Notes under the pieces: model-generated
The model's database searches: none
What the model saw: the letters and a program-made list of their open reading frames with translations, nothing else
Told to the model about the DNA's origin: nothing
Position numbers and translations under genes: made by a program
DNA from: Fibrobacterota bacterium
Lineage (GTDB): Bacteria > Fibrobacterota > Fibrobacteria > UBA11236
Assembly: GCA_043753995.1 (NCBI GenBank)
Contig: JAYUVP010000310.1
Coordinates: forward strand, 1-29,880
Reading direction: 5' to 3'
DNA length: 29,880 bases
Shown here: piece by piece, positions 1-8,769 of the stretch
Layout: the number at the start of each line of letters is the position of its first letter
Position numbering within the stretch: position 1 is the first letter of the stretch

Positions 1-1
1 G

Positions 2-238
2 TATGACTTTGACGATATCTTTATTTATTGCTCAGAATTGATTTTTAAATCCTATTTGGCGGCGACGGGAGATTCGCTTGGCCAAACGACACGATTAAGC
101 GAATTGAATTGGAAGCCCTATACTGAGACGATCAAGAAGCTGAATGAAGGTGAAGTCCCCCTCGACCGGAAAATAATCACACCGATCGATTTGACGAAGT
201 CACCCAAGCTTATCAAGGTCTTTGATAATGGGCTTTAA
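2..238 (+). CDS. 3' end of YiiX/YebB-like permuted papain-like (NlpC/P60) amidase, partial
   Basis: Frame is open from base 2: YDFDDIFIYCSELIFKSY...IITPIDL*. YD-x(n)-YCSEL-x-K-x-Y is the catalytic-Cys motif of this family. Confidence 0.75.
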   Translation, partial: YDFDDIFIYCSELIFKSYLAATGDSLGQTTRLSELNWKPYTETIKKLNEGEVPLDRKIITPIDLTKSPKLIKVFDNGL

Positions 239-244
239 ATCCCT

Positions 245-1366
245 TTACAGCGTATCACGCACTATGCGCAATGGCATAACGATGAAGAAATAACCTGGTT
301 CTTCGGCCACCGGTTCGACGATGATAGCACCGAGGGGATTATTGAATTTCAAGCGCACTTCTTCGCTGGCGCACATGCGCAGCACTTCGAGCAGGTATTG
401 GGCATTGGCGCCCAGCTCGATGTCTTCGCCCTCATAACTCAGGGGCAAGCCTTCCTCGGAGTCGCCGCCGAGATCGGGATTGCGCGCCGACACAACCAGG
501 TTACCGTCCTGATGAAAGCCGAGAACGGTCAGGCGAGTCTTGGTATTGGCCATGGTCGAAACGCGGCGCACCACCGAGGCGAGATGTTCGCGATTCACGG
601 TAGCGGTTTTCGAGAATTGCTTGGGAATGACATTCTCGTAATTGGGATAAGGCCCTTCGATGAGCTTGGTATAAAGCACCACAGCACCCGTGGCGAAGCG
701 GGCGTGAGCCATCCCGATTTCGACTTCAATGAGCTGCTCGGGGTCCTCGGACATGCGCATGACTTGCTGCAAGGCCTTGGGGGGCAAAATCACGCCATTG
801 CGGGCGCCGAGTCCCGGCATGGAAACAAAGGCCTTGCCCAGGCGATGTCCGTCGGTGGCCACCATTTCGAGGCGGTCTTTTTTGAATTCAGTATAAACGC
901 CCGTTAAAGCCAGACGGCTGAATTCAGTCGATACAGCGAAACCGGTTTTGTCGGAGAGAAATTTCAATTCCTTGAGCGGCACATTTTGACGCGAGGTTTC
1001 GCCCACCTCGGGCAAGGCGGGATATTCTGCAGGATCATAGCCCGTGAGATTGGCCTGAAAACCTGACTCGGAGCGAATGGTCAGCACCAAGTCTTCCGAG
1101 GAAAAAATCACCGGCATGTCGGGCAATTCCTTCACCACTTCGAGCAACTTGCGCGCATTGATGATGAGGGTGCCGTTTTTATGGCCGTCAACGCTGAGAC
1201 GCTGCACCACCGCCATGTCGAGATCGGTGGCGCGAATTTCGAGCGCGCCTTCCTTGAGGTCGAGATAGAGATTGTAAAGCACCTGCAAGGTGGTCTTATT
1301 GGGAATGGCCGAACAAGCCATTTGCAGGGCATCGAGCAACACAGCCTTGGGCGCTTCGAACTTCAT
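245..1366 (-). CDS. dnaN: DNA polymerase III beta sliding clamp
   Basis: 373 aa with ATDLD, MVATDGHRL, LIEGPYPNYENVIP, NAQYLLEVL and C-terminal IVMPLR. Confidence 0.97.
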   Translation of the reverse strand: MKFEAPKAVLLDALQMACSAIPNKTTLQVLYNLYLDLKEGALEIRATDLDMAVVQRLSVDGHKNGTLIINARKLLEVVKELPDMPVIFSSEDLVLTIRSESGFQANLTGYDPAEYPALPEVGETSRQNVPLKELKFLSDKTGFAVSTEFSRLALTGVYTEFKKDRLEMVATDGHRLGKAFVSMPGLGARNGVILPPKALQQVMRMSEDPEQLIEVEIGMAHARFATGAVVLYTKLIEGPYPNYENVIPKQFSKTATVNREHLASVVRRVSTMANTKTRLTVLGFHQDGNLVVSARNPDLGGDSEEGLPLSYEGEDIELGANAQYLLEVLRMCASEEVRLKFNNPLGAIIVEPVAEEPGYFFIVMPLRIVRDTL

Positions 1367-1407
1367 GGCGTGATTCCCGCGCGCACAGCGCTAGGTTAAA
1401 GAAGGGT

Positions 1408-2472
1408 CTAGTTAGGCAAAGATAGTTGGCGGGGGCCGTTGAAAATGCGGAATAGCCAAAACAAAGCGGGCAAAATGACGGCCGCCCCTACGAAGAGGGC
1501 CCAAGCCAAATAATGCAGAACGACGGCGGGTGCCGCGGCATTGAAAAGGGTCAAGGATGGGCCCTCGCCCAAGGCAAAAAGCACGGGATATTGCACTAAA
1601 AACCAAGCTGACACGATGGCCATGCCCTGTAAGCCTGCCAAGACCCGCAGGCTCCAAGCCAAGCGACGGCGCGGAATGGTTTGTGGCTTGGCCGCCGAAC
1701 GCAATAGGCGCTCCAAAAGGGGGAGGCTAAGGGCCGAGGACGCCACCCCGCCCAAGGCCAGGGGATTGTGCCAAAACAGACTGAGCAAAGGGCGACCGTC
1801 GATGTGGGCGGCCGCAAAGACGCAAGACCCCAGGGGTATGGCTAAAAACAAAAAGGTGCGGGCCCGGCGCGCAAAGGCCGTGCGCACGGCGGCTTCGGGG
1901 TTTTCGCCTACGAGATAAACCGAGGCTAAAAAGGCGAATAAGGCCACGGTGAAGGCGCCCAGAAGCAAGCCATAAGGGTGTAGCCAAGGCGCGACATAGC
2001 CCTGATAAAAGGATTCGGGATGCAGATGAATGCGGCCCGCCGACATACCTGCCACCGTGACGCCCATCCAAAAAGGCGTCCACACACTGGAGAGGCGAAA
2101 TATCCAATTGTACCAAGCCCGCGATCCATCGCGCACGGCGTCATAATGACGGAAGGTGAAGGAGGTGCCGCGTGCTACGATTCCCAGTAACATGGCCGTG
2201 ACGGGTAAATGCAAGGAAACCGATAAGCGCGCATAGACAGGCGGAAAACCCATGAAGAGTATGACCACCGCCAGGATGAGCCAAATGTGATTGGCTTCCC
2301 AAACTGGCCCCAGGGTTTTTTCCAAGCTGCGGCGAGCAAGGGCATGACGAGGGCCACGCAAGGTGATTTCCACCACGCCCGCACCATAATCGGCGCCGCC
2401 GAGCAAGGCATAGCTTAGCAGGGAAAATCCGAGAAAGACGGTGCATGTCCAAAAGGCCAAGGCATCAGACAT
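1408..2472 (-). CDS. cydB: Cytochrome bd ubiquinol oxidase subunit II
   Basis: Motifs GGADYGAG, GPVWEANHIWL, RGTSFTFRHY; multi-TM. Start placed at ATG 2472 (MSDALAFW), overlapping the cydA stop by 8 nt. Confidence 0.93.
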   Translation of the reverse strand: MSDALAFWTCTVFLGFSLLSYALLGGADYGAGVVEITLRGPRHALARRSLEKTLGPVWEANHIWLILAVVILFMGFPPVYARLSVSLHLPVTAMLLGIVARGTSFTFRHYDAVRDGSRAWYNWIFRLSSVWTPFWMGVTVAGMSAGRIHLHPESFYQGYVAPWLHPYGLLLGAFTVALFAFLASVYLVGENPEAAVRTAFARRARTFLFLAIPLGSCVFAAAHIDGRPLLSLFWHNPLALGGVASSALSLPLLERLLRSAAKPQTIPRRRLAWSLRVLAGLQGMAIVSAWFLVQYPVLFALGEGPSLTLFNAAAPAVVLHYLAWALFVGAAVILPALFWLFRIFNGPRQLSLPN

Positions 2473-3823
2473 GGGTGCCCTTCCCTGCGGGCTTGGCATC
2501 CAGCTCGACGGTATTGGCCGAGGCATAGGTAGCCTTGAGGGTACGTATATGCCGCGCCATGAGCCAGGTCACCACAAAGGCCAAGATCAAATACACGACG
2601 GCATAAATCGAAAAAGGCACCCATAGGCCCGGCATAGGCGTGAGCGCGTCACGGGTGCGCAGGATGCCGTGAATAATCCAGGGCTGACGGCCCACCTCGG
2701 TGACAATCCAGCCAGCTTCCAGAGCGGCATATCCCAGGGGAGCGCTGACGATAAGGGCCGCCAGGTAACGCCGATGATACAGCCAGGGACGGCGCCATTT
2801 CCAAAAGACGAGGGCCAAAAGCCCGAGGCCGGCCAGCCAGGTGCCCAAGCCCACCATGACTTGAAAGGCGAGATGCACGGGTAAAACCGGCGGCCAATTC
2901 TCGCGGGGAAATTCATTCAATCCGGGAACCTTGGCCTTGAAATCTCCGGTGGCCAAAAAGCTGAGCATGCCAGGAAGACGTAACCCATAAGCTACGGTCC
3001 CGCTTTCCTCGTCGGGCCAACCCCCGAGGAGTAAGGGCGCTTTTTCCTGGGTTTCGAAATGCGCTTCCATGGCAGCGAGCTTGACGGGCTGATGCCGTGC
3101 CGCTTGCTTGGCGCTGAGGTCACCGCTGAGCGGCTGCAATAAAGCCGCCACCGCCCCGAAGGCCAAGGCAATGCGCAAAGCAGCGCGATGAAAAGCATTG
3201 CCGGGGTCGCGCCACAAAAGCCAAGCATGCACGCCTGCCACCGCGAAACCCGTGCTGACGAAGGCGGCCAAAAGCATGTGCAGCACTTGCAATTTCCAAG
3301 CGGGATTGAACATGGCCGCGAAGGGATCGATGTTCACGAAACGCCCGTCCACCAAGTCAAAACCCGCCGGACTATTCATCCAAGCATTGGCGCATACCAC
3401 GAAAGCACCCGAAAGCAAGCCCGTAATGCCGACCACCAAGCCGGTGATCCAATGCCACCAGGGGGACAGGCGATCCCAGCCATAAAGAAAAATCCCCAGG
3501 GCTATGGCCTCCAGAAAAAAGGCCGAACCCTCCCATGAAAAAGGCATGCCAATGACGCCGCCTGCTTTTTCCATAAAGCCCGGCCACAGCAAACCCAATT
3601 CAAAAGAAAGTACGGTGCCGCTCACCGCCCCCGTGGCGAAAAAAATCGCCACGCCCCGCGACCAGGCCTTGGTCAAGTCGCGATAAACGTCCTTGCCCGT
3701 GCGTATCCACAGCCAATGCGCCACAGCCATGAAAAAAGGCATGGCCATGCCGATGCAAGCGAAGACAATGTGAAAGCCCAAGGAGAGAGCCATTTGCATT
3801 CTAGCGGCTAGCAGATCGCTCAT
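2465..3823 (-). CDS. cydA: Cytochrome bd ubiquinol oxidase subunit I (short Q-loop type)
   Basis: GFHIVF (heme His), EGSAFFLEA, LHMLL, QPVKLAAME, FQVMVG, TEVGRQPW. Confidence 0.96.
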   Translation of the reverse strand: MSDLLAARMQMALSLGFHIVFACIGMAMPFFMAVAHWLWIRTGKDVYRDLTKAWSRGVAIFFATGAVSGTVLSFELGLLWPGFMEKAGGVIGMPFSWEGSAFFLEAIALGIFLYGWDRLSPWWHWITGLVVGITGLLSGAFVVCANAWMNSPAGFDLVDGRFVNIDPFAAMFNPAWKLQVLHMLLAAFVSTGFAVAGVHAWLLWRDPGNAFHRAALRIALAFGAVAALLQPLSGDLSAKQAARHQPVKLAAMEAHFETQEKAPLLLGGWPDEESGTVAYGLRLPGMLSFLATGDFKAKVPGLNEFPRENWPPVLPVHLAFQVMVGLGTWLAGLGLLALVFWKWRRPWLYHRRYLAALIVSAPLGYAALEAGWIVTEVGRQPWIIHGILRTRDALTPMPGLWVPFSIYAVVYLILAFVVTWLMARHIRTLKATYASANTVELDAKPAGKGTHV

Positions 3824-3993
3824 GGGCTAAAGGTAAGATGGAATGGAAAATGGTGGACCAACCTCAAAGTTATTGCTGGCCTGATCTCAATTGATTTTTA
3901 TCAAAGACCCGTCCCCGAGTAACAATCGTTCCAACGCCACTCAGCTAATCTCTACAGTACAGAGAGAGTAGGAAATGGCCGAAGAAAACATCC

Positions 3994-4416
3994 TCACGCC
4001 TTCACCCCCAGTCCAGTCCCAGGGAAATACTCCGTATGCGTTTCACCGGAGCGACCGAAGTACAACACGCGCTTTCCGGGAAAAGACACCAGATATCCCG
4101 CGCACCCAGCCTCAATCACCTTGGCGCAAAAGCCCTTGTAGGTATAACCCGGCGCCTTGGTCTGGGCTTCCCGGATGGCCTCCTTCACAATTGCGGCGTC
4201 GAAAGATTCGGCCATGGGATTCGAGGTGCGATGAATTTCAATCACATGGCAGCTACCATCAGGTAAGTAGAAGCTCTGGGTCGAGTTTCGGAAATCAACC
4301 AGGTAGCCGTCCAGCCCTCCTTCCATGAGCATGCGCACGATTTGTCCGAAATCCTTGGATCCGGTGGCAGCCCCTTCGCAGGCTTCACGTGCGAGTTCTT
4401 TCCAATTCGTATTCAT
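3994..4416 (-). CDS. DUF1398-family protein
   Basis: Start at ATG 4416 (MNTNWKE) after AAGGA. Motifs GYLVDFR, YTYKGFC...AGCAGYLVSFPGKRVLYFGR.GETHTEYFP. Confidence 0.8.
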   Translation of the reverse strand: MNTNWKELAREACEGAATGSKDFGQIVRMLMEGGLDGYLVDFRNSTQSFYLPDGSCHVIEIHRTSNPMAESFDAAIVKEAIREAQTKAPGYTYKGFCAKVIEAGCAGYLVSFPGKRVLYFGRSGETHTEYFPGTGLGVKA

Positions 4417-4468
4417 TTGCCTTTGTCCTTTTTTGGTTTTGTTTTGCTTGGGCGGAAATAAATTCCCA

Positions 4469-4930
4469 TCAGTGGATGGGGAGGGAAATGAGGCCATGCT
4501 TCTCGACTATTTCTTGCAAGGTTTTCACCAGCGCCGAACGTTCGTCGGGCGTGAGGTGGTCGAAGAATTCAGCATCATTGCGATCCGCCAAGGCGGCCAG
4601 CTTGGGGACCATGGCCCGGCCTGCGGCCGTGAGACGCAATACCTGGGCACGACGGTCCGCTCGATCCGCATCACGCACAATCAGGGACTTTTCAATTAGC
4701 CTATCTGCCAGCTTGGTCACCGTACCTCGGGTCGCGCCCATGAAATCAGCCAACCGACTCGGGGCAATGGTTCCCGCACCCAGCATTTGGCGTAGCATCA
4801 CCCATTCGGCCACGGTCACTCCATGGGCCTCCACTTTGCGGGCGAAGGCCTGGGAAACGTGATTAGACACGAAACGCAGCCAGTATCCTAAATGGGCAGT
4901 CAAATCGGAAGCGGTTGGTTTAGCAGTCAT
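4469..4930 (-). CDS. MarR-family transcriptional regulator
   Basis: 153 aa wHTH: TRGTVTKLADRL, DRRAQVLRLTAAG. Confidence 0.92.
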   Translation of the reverse strand: MTAKPTASDLTAHLGYWLRFVSNHVSQAFARKVEAHGVTVAEWVMLRQMLGAGTIAPSRLADFMGATRGTVTKLADRLIEKSLIVRDADRADRRAQVLRLTAAGRAMVPKLAALADRNDAEFFDHLTPDERSALVKTLQEIVEKHGLISLPIH

Positions 4931-4942
4931 TTTGATCTTTCA

Positions 4943-4980
4943 TTGCCTAGGAAACTAAAACTAAATGGTTTCCTAGGCAA
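4943..4980. promoter_or_regulatory. Probable MarR operator (two quasi-palindromic boxes)
   Basis: TTGCCTAGGAAAC-N12-GTTTCCTAGGCAA is a perfect 13-bp inverted repeat, and each arm is centred on CCTAGG. It lies between the divergent marR and SRPBCC genes. Confidence 0.7.
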
Positions 4981-5060
4981 CTACATTTGATTGCGCCTCA
5001 CTAACTTGGTCCAAGCACGTCTATTTTTAGAGTCGATTCATTCCAAACCCAAGGGAAGCC

Positions 5061-5474
5061 ATGGCCACGAAAATCACAGTTGAAACCTTAGTCCAGGCTC
5101 CATTAGCCAAGGTGTGGGCAGCCTACACCACGCCCAGCGATATTAAGCAATGGAATACGGCCTCAGAGGACTGGCACACCACAAAAGCTACCGTGGACTT
5201 GCGCGTGGGAGGCGTCTTTTCCTCTCGCATGGAAGCTAAGGACGGTAGCTTCGGCTTTGATTTCGCCGGAACTTATACCCAGGTTTTGCCTCAGGAATTG
5301 CTGGAGTATTCGTTTGGGGATAGAAACGCATCGGTCGAGTTCGTGGCTGGTGCGGAAGGCGTGACCGTCCGTATTGCTTTTGATGCCGAGTCCGAAAATC
5401 CTATCGAGATGCAAAAACAAGGCTGGCAAGCCATCTTGAATAATTTCGCCAAGTTCGTGGAAGCAAAGGCGTAA
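5061..5474 (+). CDS. SRPBCC/AHSA1-like protein
   Basis: KVWAAYTTPSDIKQW, DLRVGG, EMQKQGWQAILNNF. Confidence 0.9.
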   Translation: MATKITVETLVQAPLAKVWAAYTTPSDIKQWNTASEDWHTTKATVDLRVGGVFSSRMEAKDGSFGFDFAGTYTQVLPQELLEYSFGDRNASVEFVAGAEGVTVRIAFDAESENPIEMQKQGWQAILNNFAKFVEAKA

Positions 5475-5502
5475 GACCCACCTTTAGAAGTAACCTTTAA
5501 AC

Positions 5503-5682
5503 ATGCCTCATTCGGAGAATGCCCGGTTTCTGCGCGAGAGCCTCATCGAGCGCGTTCGGCGCATGACGCCGGTGGAAAGGTTGCGCGCCTTCGTCCAACA
5601 TTCTCAACTCATGAAACGACTTAGCGATATAGGCAAACAGGACCGCGAAAAAAATCAAGGCAAGCCGAAATCCAATGAATAA
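5503..5682 (+). CDS. Small 59-aa putative antitoxin (not in ORF track)
   Basis: MPHSENARFLRESLIERVRRMTPVERLRAFVQHSQLMKRLSDIGKQDREKNQGKPKSNE*. Stop overlaps the downstream NTase start by 8 nt; TAACCT lies 6 nt before the ATG. Confidence 0.7.
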   Translation: MPHSENARFLRESLIERVRRMTPVERLRAFVQHSQLMKRLSDIGKQDREKNQGKPKSNE

Positions 5683-6253
5683 TTCAGGCCCTGTGCCAAG
5701 TTCTTTGCATTTGTTGCATCAAGTCGGCCTTGTCCTTGAAGCGGAAAGTATTCGTTGGGGAGCCATAGGTGCCGTGGCATTGGCCTATCATGGTGTCATT
5801 CGCGCCAGCCTGGATGCCGATGCTATCATCACTTTGAAAAACAGCCAGACGGACTTGGATTCCTTGGCCGAAAAATTCCGCGTCGCCGGCTTGTCGGTGG
5901 ATCTTCGCATGGGTGAGGAGGGCGACCCCATTGGATTTGTCCTTCGAGTCACGGATAACTTGAATAACCAAGTGGACTTGATCGGTGGTTTGCGCCGCTC
6001 CGACCCCGAACTCTTTGATCGCTTACTTTCCATCGACTTCGATGGCTTACCACTATTTATGGCTTCCGCCGAAGATTTATTGGCCTTAAAATTGTTTGCA
6101 GGTGGGCCACAAGATCTTGCTGATGCACGCAGCTTGATTGAAATATTGGGTGAACAGACCGACTTGGCCCTGCTCCGACGCGTGTGTGAGCGATTCGGAA
6201 AAAGCGTGTCCGCTTTATGCGAAAAAATTCTCGCTGAAGGTAAAGCGCCTTAA
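5675..6253 (+). CDS. Pol-beta-superfamily nucleotidyltransferase (MenT1/AbiEii-like putative toxin)
   Basis: IGAVALAYHG...RASLDADAII (G..DxD), QVDLI, SAEDLLALKLFAGGPQDLAD. Confidence 0.8.
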   Translation: MNNSGPVPSSLHLLHQVGLVLEAESIRWGAIGAVALAYHGVIRASLDADAIITLKNSQTDLDSLAEKFRVAGLSVDLRMGEEGDPIGFVLRVTDNLNNQVDLIGGLRRSDPELFDRLLSIDFDGLPLFMASAEDLLALKLFAGGPQDLADARSLIEILGEQTDLALLRRVCERFGKSVSALCEKILAEGKAP

Positions 6254-6256
6254 ACA

Positions 6257-7099
6257 TTATCGTGCCAGAGGGGATTTCCCATCCAGCGCAATTGGCCTCC
6301 GCGTGAATTTTCGCCCGACTACCATGTCGCGCATCCTCCAGGCCGCTTCGGCGCGATGGGCACCCAAACGCAATGCTCGGGGCATAGGCGAAATCAAGCC
6401 CGTTCCCGCCGAAGCGTCCGTGCAGGTGAAATTGGAAAACACGGTCTTGCCCACCTTGACTGAATCATGGGCCAAAGAAAAAAGCGCAATATGCGAATTG
6501 GCTGCCGTGAGCTGGGCACTTTTATTGGCTACAACAACGGTCCAAGAATCGGTGGCCTTTTCCTTATACCAAGCCGAAAATAATTTGTTCTGTTTCGCCA
6601 AGCGAATCCATACCGGATAGCTAGAAACGCCTTTCGCGAAATTGCTATCGAGCGTGCCTGCCGTTCCCTTGGTATCCGAGAAAAACACCCTGCCGCTTTT
6701 CGGCGTCACGTCTAGGGCCACATAGCCGCCTTGGCTTAGATTATCCAGGTCATTGGCGACCACGAAACCCGCCTGTGACCATTCGTGAATATTGTCTTGC
6801 GATTCGATAGAAATGCTCATGTCGAAGTCGCCTTCGACGCCTTTGCGCCGCAAGGCCACATACTCATTCACCGTGTTATAAATATCACGTCCGGCAGCCG
6901 CAAGGGTGAGCTTGCCATTCGCCACGGTCCCGGTGCCTGTCTTTTTGGGCGTCTTGTCGATCAAATCGAAGGTCGAACCCCAAGCCGAGCCTGCAAAAGC
7001 GTCGGAGCAATCCCCCGCGAGCGACGGGAGAGTCGCCGAAGTGAAAACCAGGGCAAAAAACAGCCGGGCGCGAAGCGATAATGCAGGGAATTGTCTCAT
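6257..7099 (-). CDS. Secreted protein with ConA-like (DUF1349-like) beta-sandwich and basic C-terminal tail
   Basis: Signal peptide ending ...PSLA; WSQAGFVV, YPVWIRLAKQNKLFSAWY; Arg-rich tail. Confidence 0.65.
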   Translation of the reverse strand: MRQFPALSLRARLFFALVFTSATLPSLAGDCSDAFAGSAWGSTFDLIDKTPKKTGTGTVANGKLTLAAAGRDIYNTVNEYVALRRKGVEGDFDMSISIESQDNIHEWSQAGFVVANDLDNLSQGGYVALDVTPKSGRVFFSDTKGTAGTLDSNFAKGVSSYPVWIRLAKQNKLFSAWYKEKATDSWTVVVANKSAQLTAANSHIALFSLAHDSVKVGKTVFSNFTCTDASAGTGLISPMPRALRLGAHRAEAAWRMRDMVVGRKFTRRPIALDGKSPLAR

Positions 7100-7146
7100 G
7101 CTTAATAAGCTAGGATTTCAGTCGACTTTCGCAGGGAGAGCCGGCC

Positions 7147-7788
7147 ATGAATACCAATGAAAAAACAACTTCCAATACAGGCCGATGGCCTACCGGCATG
7201 TCTTTTCTGCTTTATTGTGCAGGCATTTCCTTGGTGCTATTGGTTGGATATGTCATTTTCAGCGGTAAGGGCTTCCACTTTTCCGCCAATGGTGAAGGCG
7301 TCGCCTTTCGCTCTGCTTTGAATCAAGGCGGCGAAGAGACCAATTCCGCCAAGCGCGAAGAAAAGAGCGCTGAGTTTCAGGAAAAATTCGAACAAATTAA
7401 GCGAGTCGCCAATTCTGAAAATGCCGACGCCATTTCCGAAGAACCTGTGGCGCCCACCCCCAAGCGGAGCAAAAAAAATGTTGCGGCCCCAATCCCCAAC
7501 GAAGAAGATGGCTTTGCTCCGGAACCAGAAGAAGCGGTTTTATTCAATGGCCGATGGACGGGAAACGGTTCGTACTATGTGCTGGAGCAACACGGCTCCG
7601 TGGTCGCCTTGATGGAAATGACCAATGGCATTGTGACCTCCTATGCCCAAGGCACCGCCGATGGACAGCAAGCCCAATTGATGGCGACCAATATTTCCGG
7701 ACTCACCTTTCCAGTACAAATCGTATTCGAAGGCCATCGCCTCAAGCTCACCGCCAATGGGAGCCAATTTTATTTGGATAGAGGCTGA
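7147..7788 (+). CDS. Hypothetical membrane-anchored protein
   Basis: GGGAGAG before ATG; N-terminal TM helix, acidic/Pro linker, beta-rich C-terminal domain (FNGRWTG...). Its 3' end overlaps the convergent gene by 19 nt. Confidence 0.65.
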   Translation: MNTNEKTTSNTGRWPTGMSFLLYCAGISLVLLVGYVIFSGKGFHFSANGEGVAFRSALNQGGEETNSAKREEKSAEFQEKFEQIKRVANSENADAISEEPVAPTPKRSKKNVAAPIPNEEDGFAPEPEEAVLFNGRWTGNGSYYVLEQHGSVVALMEMTNGIVTSYAQGTADGQQAQLMATNISGLTFPVQIVFEGHRLKLTANGSQFYLDRG

Positions 7789-8660
7789 ACCTTAGTTTTG
7801 ACTTTTCTTCCCGTGGCTTGAAAACCATTCCATTCGATTGAGAAGCGCTTGCGATCGCGGGAAATCTGTTTTGGAAAGGCCACCGGTGTCACGGTGCTAT
7901 TCAAAACATATTGCATGCCGCCCCAGAGATGCCCGAGAAAATTGGCATCGGCATAGCTAGCGGTGGTATGCCCCATGGATGTAACCCAGGACCGCCCACC
8001 CATATAGGTCGCATACCAACTCACGGGATGATCGGTACCGGCCTTGCCACCGGGATAAGACGATTCGTCGAGAGTGAGCAAGACATGCACCTTGGGATTG
8101 GTCGAATTGCGCGGATTGACTTTGTAGTTGTAAATCTCATCCGTGCGTTTCCACGACTTCGGCAAATGCGCGGTGGAGGGGTCGGTGGAATCCTCAACTA
8201 CTATGGTTTGATTCGTCGTCTGCTGGCCGCCTAAGCTCCCGAAATAAGCCCCCGCTATAATCTTGCCGTAAAAAGCCCAATTCATTTCCGCGTCCAGCGA
8301 AGCATGAAGGACGAGGGCCCCGCCGCCGGCCTGAAAAAACCTTTCGAAGGCGGCCTGTTGATCCGCATTCAAGAAATCACCCGTGGTCTTATGAAAAACC
8401 ACGGCCTTGTATTTGGCCAAGGCCGTGTCGGAAAATTTCGATCCACTTTCGGACGTGTCGACAAGCAAACCCTTGCCTTCAAAAAAGGTTTTCAAAGAGG
8501 TCCGGGTTTGAACAATATTGTCTTCGCGAACGGTTTGGGTTTTGGTGAAAATCAAAATGCGATCAGCGGCGCTTACGGCCAGGGCGGACCCGAGCCCGAG
8601 GGTGGCAAGACATAATTTCGACATGGTTCGAGTCACTCTCTTTGGGGACAATCTCGACAT
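7770..8660 (-). CDS. Secreted ThuA-domain protein
   Basis: Signal peptide; ILIFTKT, AFERFFQAGGGALVLHA, DEIYNY, DHPVSW, GGRSWVTSMGH. Start may be 8624. Confidence 0.85.
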   Translation of the reverse strand: MSRLSPKRVTRTMSKLCLATLGLGSALAVSAADRILIFTKTQTVREDNIVQTRTSLKTFFEGKGLLVDTSESGSKFSDTALAKYKAVVFHKTTGDFLNADQQAAFERFFQAGGGALVLHASLDAEMNWAFYGKIIAGAYFGSLGGQQTTNQTIVVEDSTDPSTAHLPKSWKRTDEIYNYKVNPRNSTNPKVHVLLTLDESSYPGGKAGTDHPVSWYATYMGGRSWVTSMGHTTASYADANFLGHLWGGMQYVLNSTVTPVAFPKQISRDRKRFSIEWNGFQATGRKVKTKVQPLSK

Positions 8661-8769
8661 AACCTAGGCTTTTTGGCGGTTTTCGCAGGGAGAATTCCGG
8701 CTACGCTTGGCCCCCCTGGCGCACTTGGCTACCTTTAGCCCTCCCCCATTAGCCGACCGAGTTTCGCCC

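Noticed and set aside
3830..3990. AT-richer gap upstream of cydA as an FNR/Rex site or ncRNA
   Set aside because: TTGATTTTTATCAA (about 3891-3904) matches the FNR consensus TTGAT-N4-ATCAA and is plausible upstream of cydA, but one 14-mer with no regulator in view was too weak to list. No stable ncRNA fold is evident.
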